Below are positions 30,711 to 32,000 of a DNA stretch of 32,000 nucleotides, in pieces. The notes below the pieces were generated by a model. That model searched no databases, was not told the origin of the DNA, and saw only the letters and a list, made by a program, of their open reading frames with translations. The DNA is from Sedimentisphaera cyanobacteriorum (GTDB lineage: Bacteria > Planctomycetota > Phycisphaerae > Sedimentisphaerales > Sedimentisphaeraceae), in contig NZ_CP019633.1 in NCBI RefSeq assembly GCF_001997385.1, positions 480,001 to 512,000 of the forward strand, written 5' to 3'. The position numbers and the translations under genes are program-made. Each line of letters opens with the position of its first letter. The first letter of the stretch is position 1.

Positions 30711-32000
30711 ATGATACTAAGTAAGTCGCCAAAAATTTTTAAGTCGTGCCTTTATTTTACGTTTACTTTCTTGATTTTGCTTCAGGTAAGTTTCGGGGCA
30801 GAAAAAAAACAAATTGACCTCAGCGGCCAATGGTCTTTTAAGATAGACCGTGAAAACGTGGGTGTTAGTGATAAATGGTTCAATACTGATTTGCCTTATA
30901 AAATTAACTTGCCGGGCAGCCTGCAGGAGCAGGGCTATGGAAATGATATAACCGCCAAGACTGGATGGATCGCTGATTCCAGCGGCGTTGGGCCGATGAC
31001 GGATGCTGAAATGGGCTATGATCAGGTGGAAGCAAAATCAAAATATCCAGGCTGGTTTGTTCATCCGATGTATGAGAAGTACCGCCAGCCTGAAAACCTC
31101 AAATTTCCTTACTGGCTTCAGCCTGAAAAACATTATGTGGGGCAGGCCTGGTATCAGAAAGAGTTTAACATTCCACAGCAGTGGCAGGACCAGAGAGTAA
31201 CATTGACACTGGAAAGATGCCACTGGAAAAGTGATGTATGGCTCAACGGTTCAAAAGTTGGCACAAATGATTCCTTGGTAAGCTCTCATGTTTATGACCT
31301 CACAGATTTTATTTCACTGGGCACAAACAAGCTGACTGTGAGGGTTGACAACTCAATGATATTTGATGTTGGATACAATTCTCATATTGTTTCGGATCAT
31401 ACCCAGAGTGCTTGGAACGGTATCATTGGGAAGATAGCTTTGGAAGCAGAGCCGCTCATTGGGATTGAAAATGTGCAGGTATATCCGGACATAGAGAGCA
31501 AATCCGCCAGGGTAAAGTTCAAGATTTTCAACCATACAAATCAGAAAGCTCAAGTGGCTTTGAGATTAAGTGCTGAAAGCTATAATTCAGATAAAAAACA
31601 CAAGCCTAAACCTTTATCAACTGAAATCACTGCTTCAGTTGGTGAATTATATGTGAATAGCGTTTATCCAATGTCAGATAATGTGCAGTTGTGGGATGAA
31701 TTCAACCCTGCCCTTTACAATCTTACAGTTGAATTGATACCTTCTGATAACAAAATAAATAAGACCAGCCGGGAAGTTTCTTTTGGAATGCGTGAAGTGG
31801 GAACTAATGGTACAAGAGTTTCTATCAACGGCGAAGACATATTCCTTCGGGGAATAGAAGAATGCTGCATTTTCCCCAATACCGGTTATCCGCCAACGGA
31901 TGTTGAATCTTGGCGGCGGATAATGAAGATAAGTAAAAAGTGGGGAATGAATCATCTTCGTTTTCACTCATGGTGTCCGCCGAAGGCAGCATTTCAGGCC
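30711..32000 (+). CDS. Secreted GH2-like glycoside hydrolase, 3' end outside the window
   Basis: Not in the ORF track because it runs off the window. From the ATG at 30711 the frame is open for 430 codons. Signal-like N-terminus (..FTFLILLQVSFGAE). GH2-type sugar-binding region (WYQKEFNIP..RVTLTLERCHWKSDVWLNGSKVG..HVYDLTDF). Start of the barrel (MNHLRFHSWCPP). Confidence 0.75.
   Translation, partial: MILSKSPKIFKSCLYFTFTFLILLQVSFGAEKKQIDLSGQWSFKIDRENVGVSDKWFNTDLPYKINLPGSLQEQGYGNDITAKTGWIADSSGVGPMTDAEMGYDQVEAKSKYPGWFVHPMYEKYRQPENLKFPYWLQPEKHYVGQAWYQKEFNIPQQWQDQRVTLTLERCHWKSDVWLNGSKVGTNDSLVSSHVYDLTDFISLGTNKLTVRVDNSMIFDVGYNSHIVSDHTQSAWNGIIGKIALEAEPLIGIENVQVYPDIESKSARVKFKIFNHTNQKAQVALRLSAESYNSDKKHKPKPLSTEITASVGELYVNSVYPMSDNVQLWDEFNPALYNLTVELIPSDNKINKTSREVSFGMREVGTNGTRVSINGEDIFLRGIEECCIFPNTGYPPTDVESWRRIMKISKKWGMNHLRFHSWCPPKAAFQA

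Overview
This is a bacterial chromosomal window made mostly of housekeeping operons. On the minus strand: ffh-orf109-rpsP-trmD-rplS, then yraN, and a TPR gene-thiL-tsaE-orf141 operon. On the plus strand: proS, a TPP riboswitch with thiC, purB-pyrE-ABC ATPase-ruvC, and a tRNA-Tyr/tRNA-CAT/tRNA-Cys cluster. prmC-coaB sits upstream of a secreted GH2 enzyme. Three different insertion sequences interrupt this backbone. Two have flanking target-site duplications: an IS4 family element (2242-3751) and an IS5 family element (19863-21393). The third is ISLre2/UPF0236-like (18213-19662) and has perfect terminal inverted repeats but no clear duplication. The IS5 copy splits a small lipoprotein-like gene, and the empty site can be rebuilt in frame. 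Next to it is a repeat-dense intergenic stretch (21.9-22.5 kb) with an A-B-C module present twice, a heptamer tandem repeat and GC hairpins. The least explained coding content is in two places. At the left edge, a NapG-like polyferredoxin is paired with a Tat-signal aldo/keto reductase that carries a Cys cluster. At the right end (27.0-32.0 kb), a secreted 791-aa protein of no family I recognise is followed by a URO-D-like protein and a second GH2-like enzyme. I saw no rRNA and no CRISPR array. All calls rest on reading the sequence and the ORF translations; no database search was possible.
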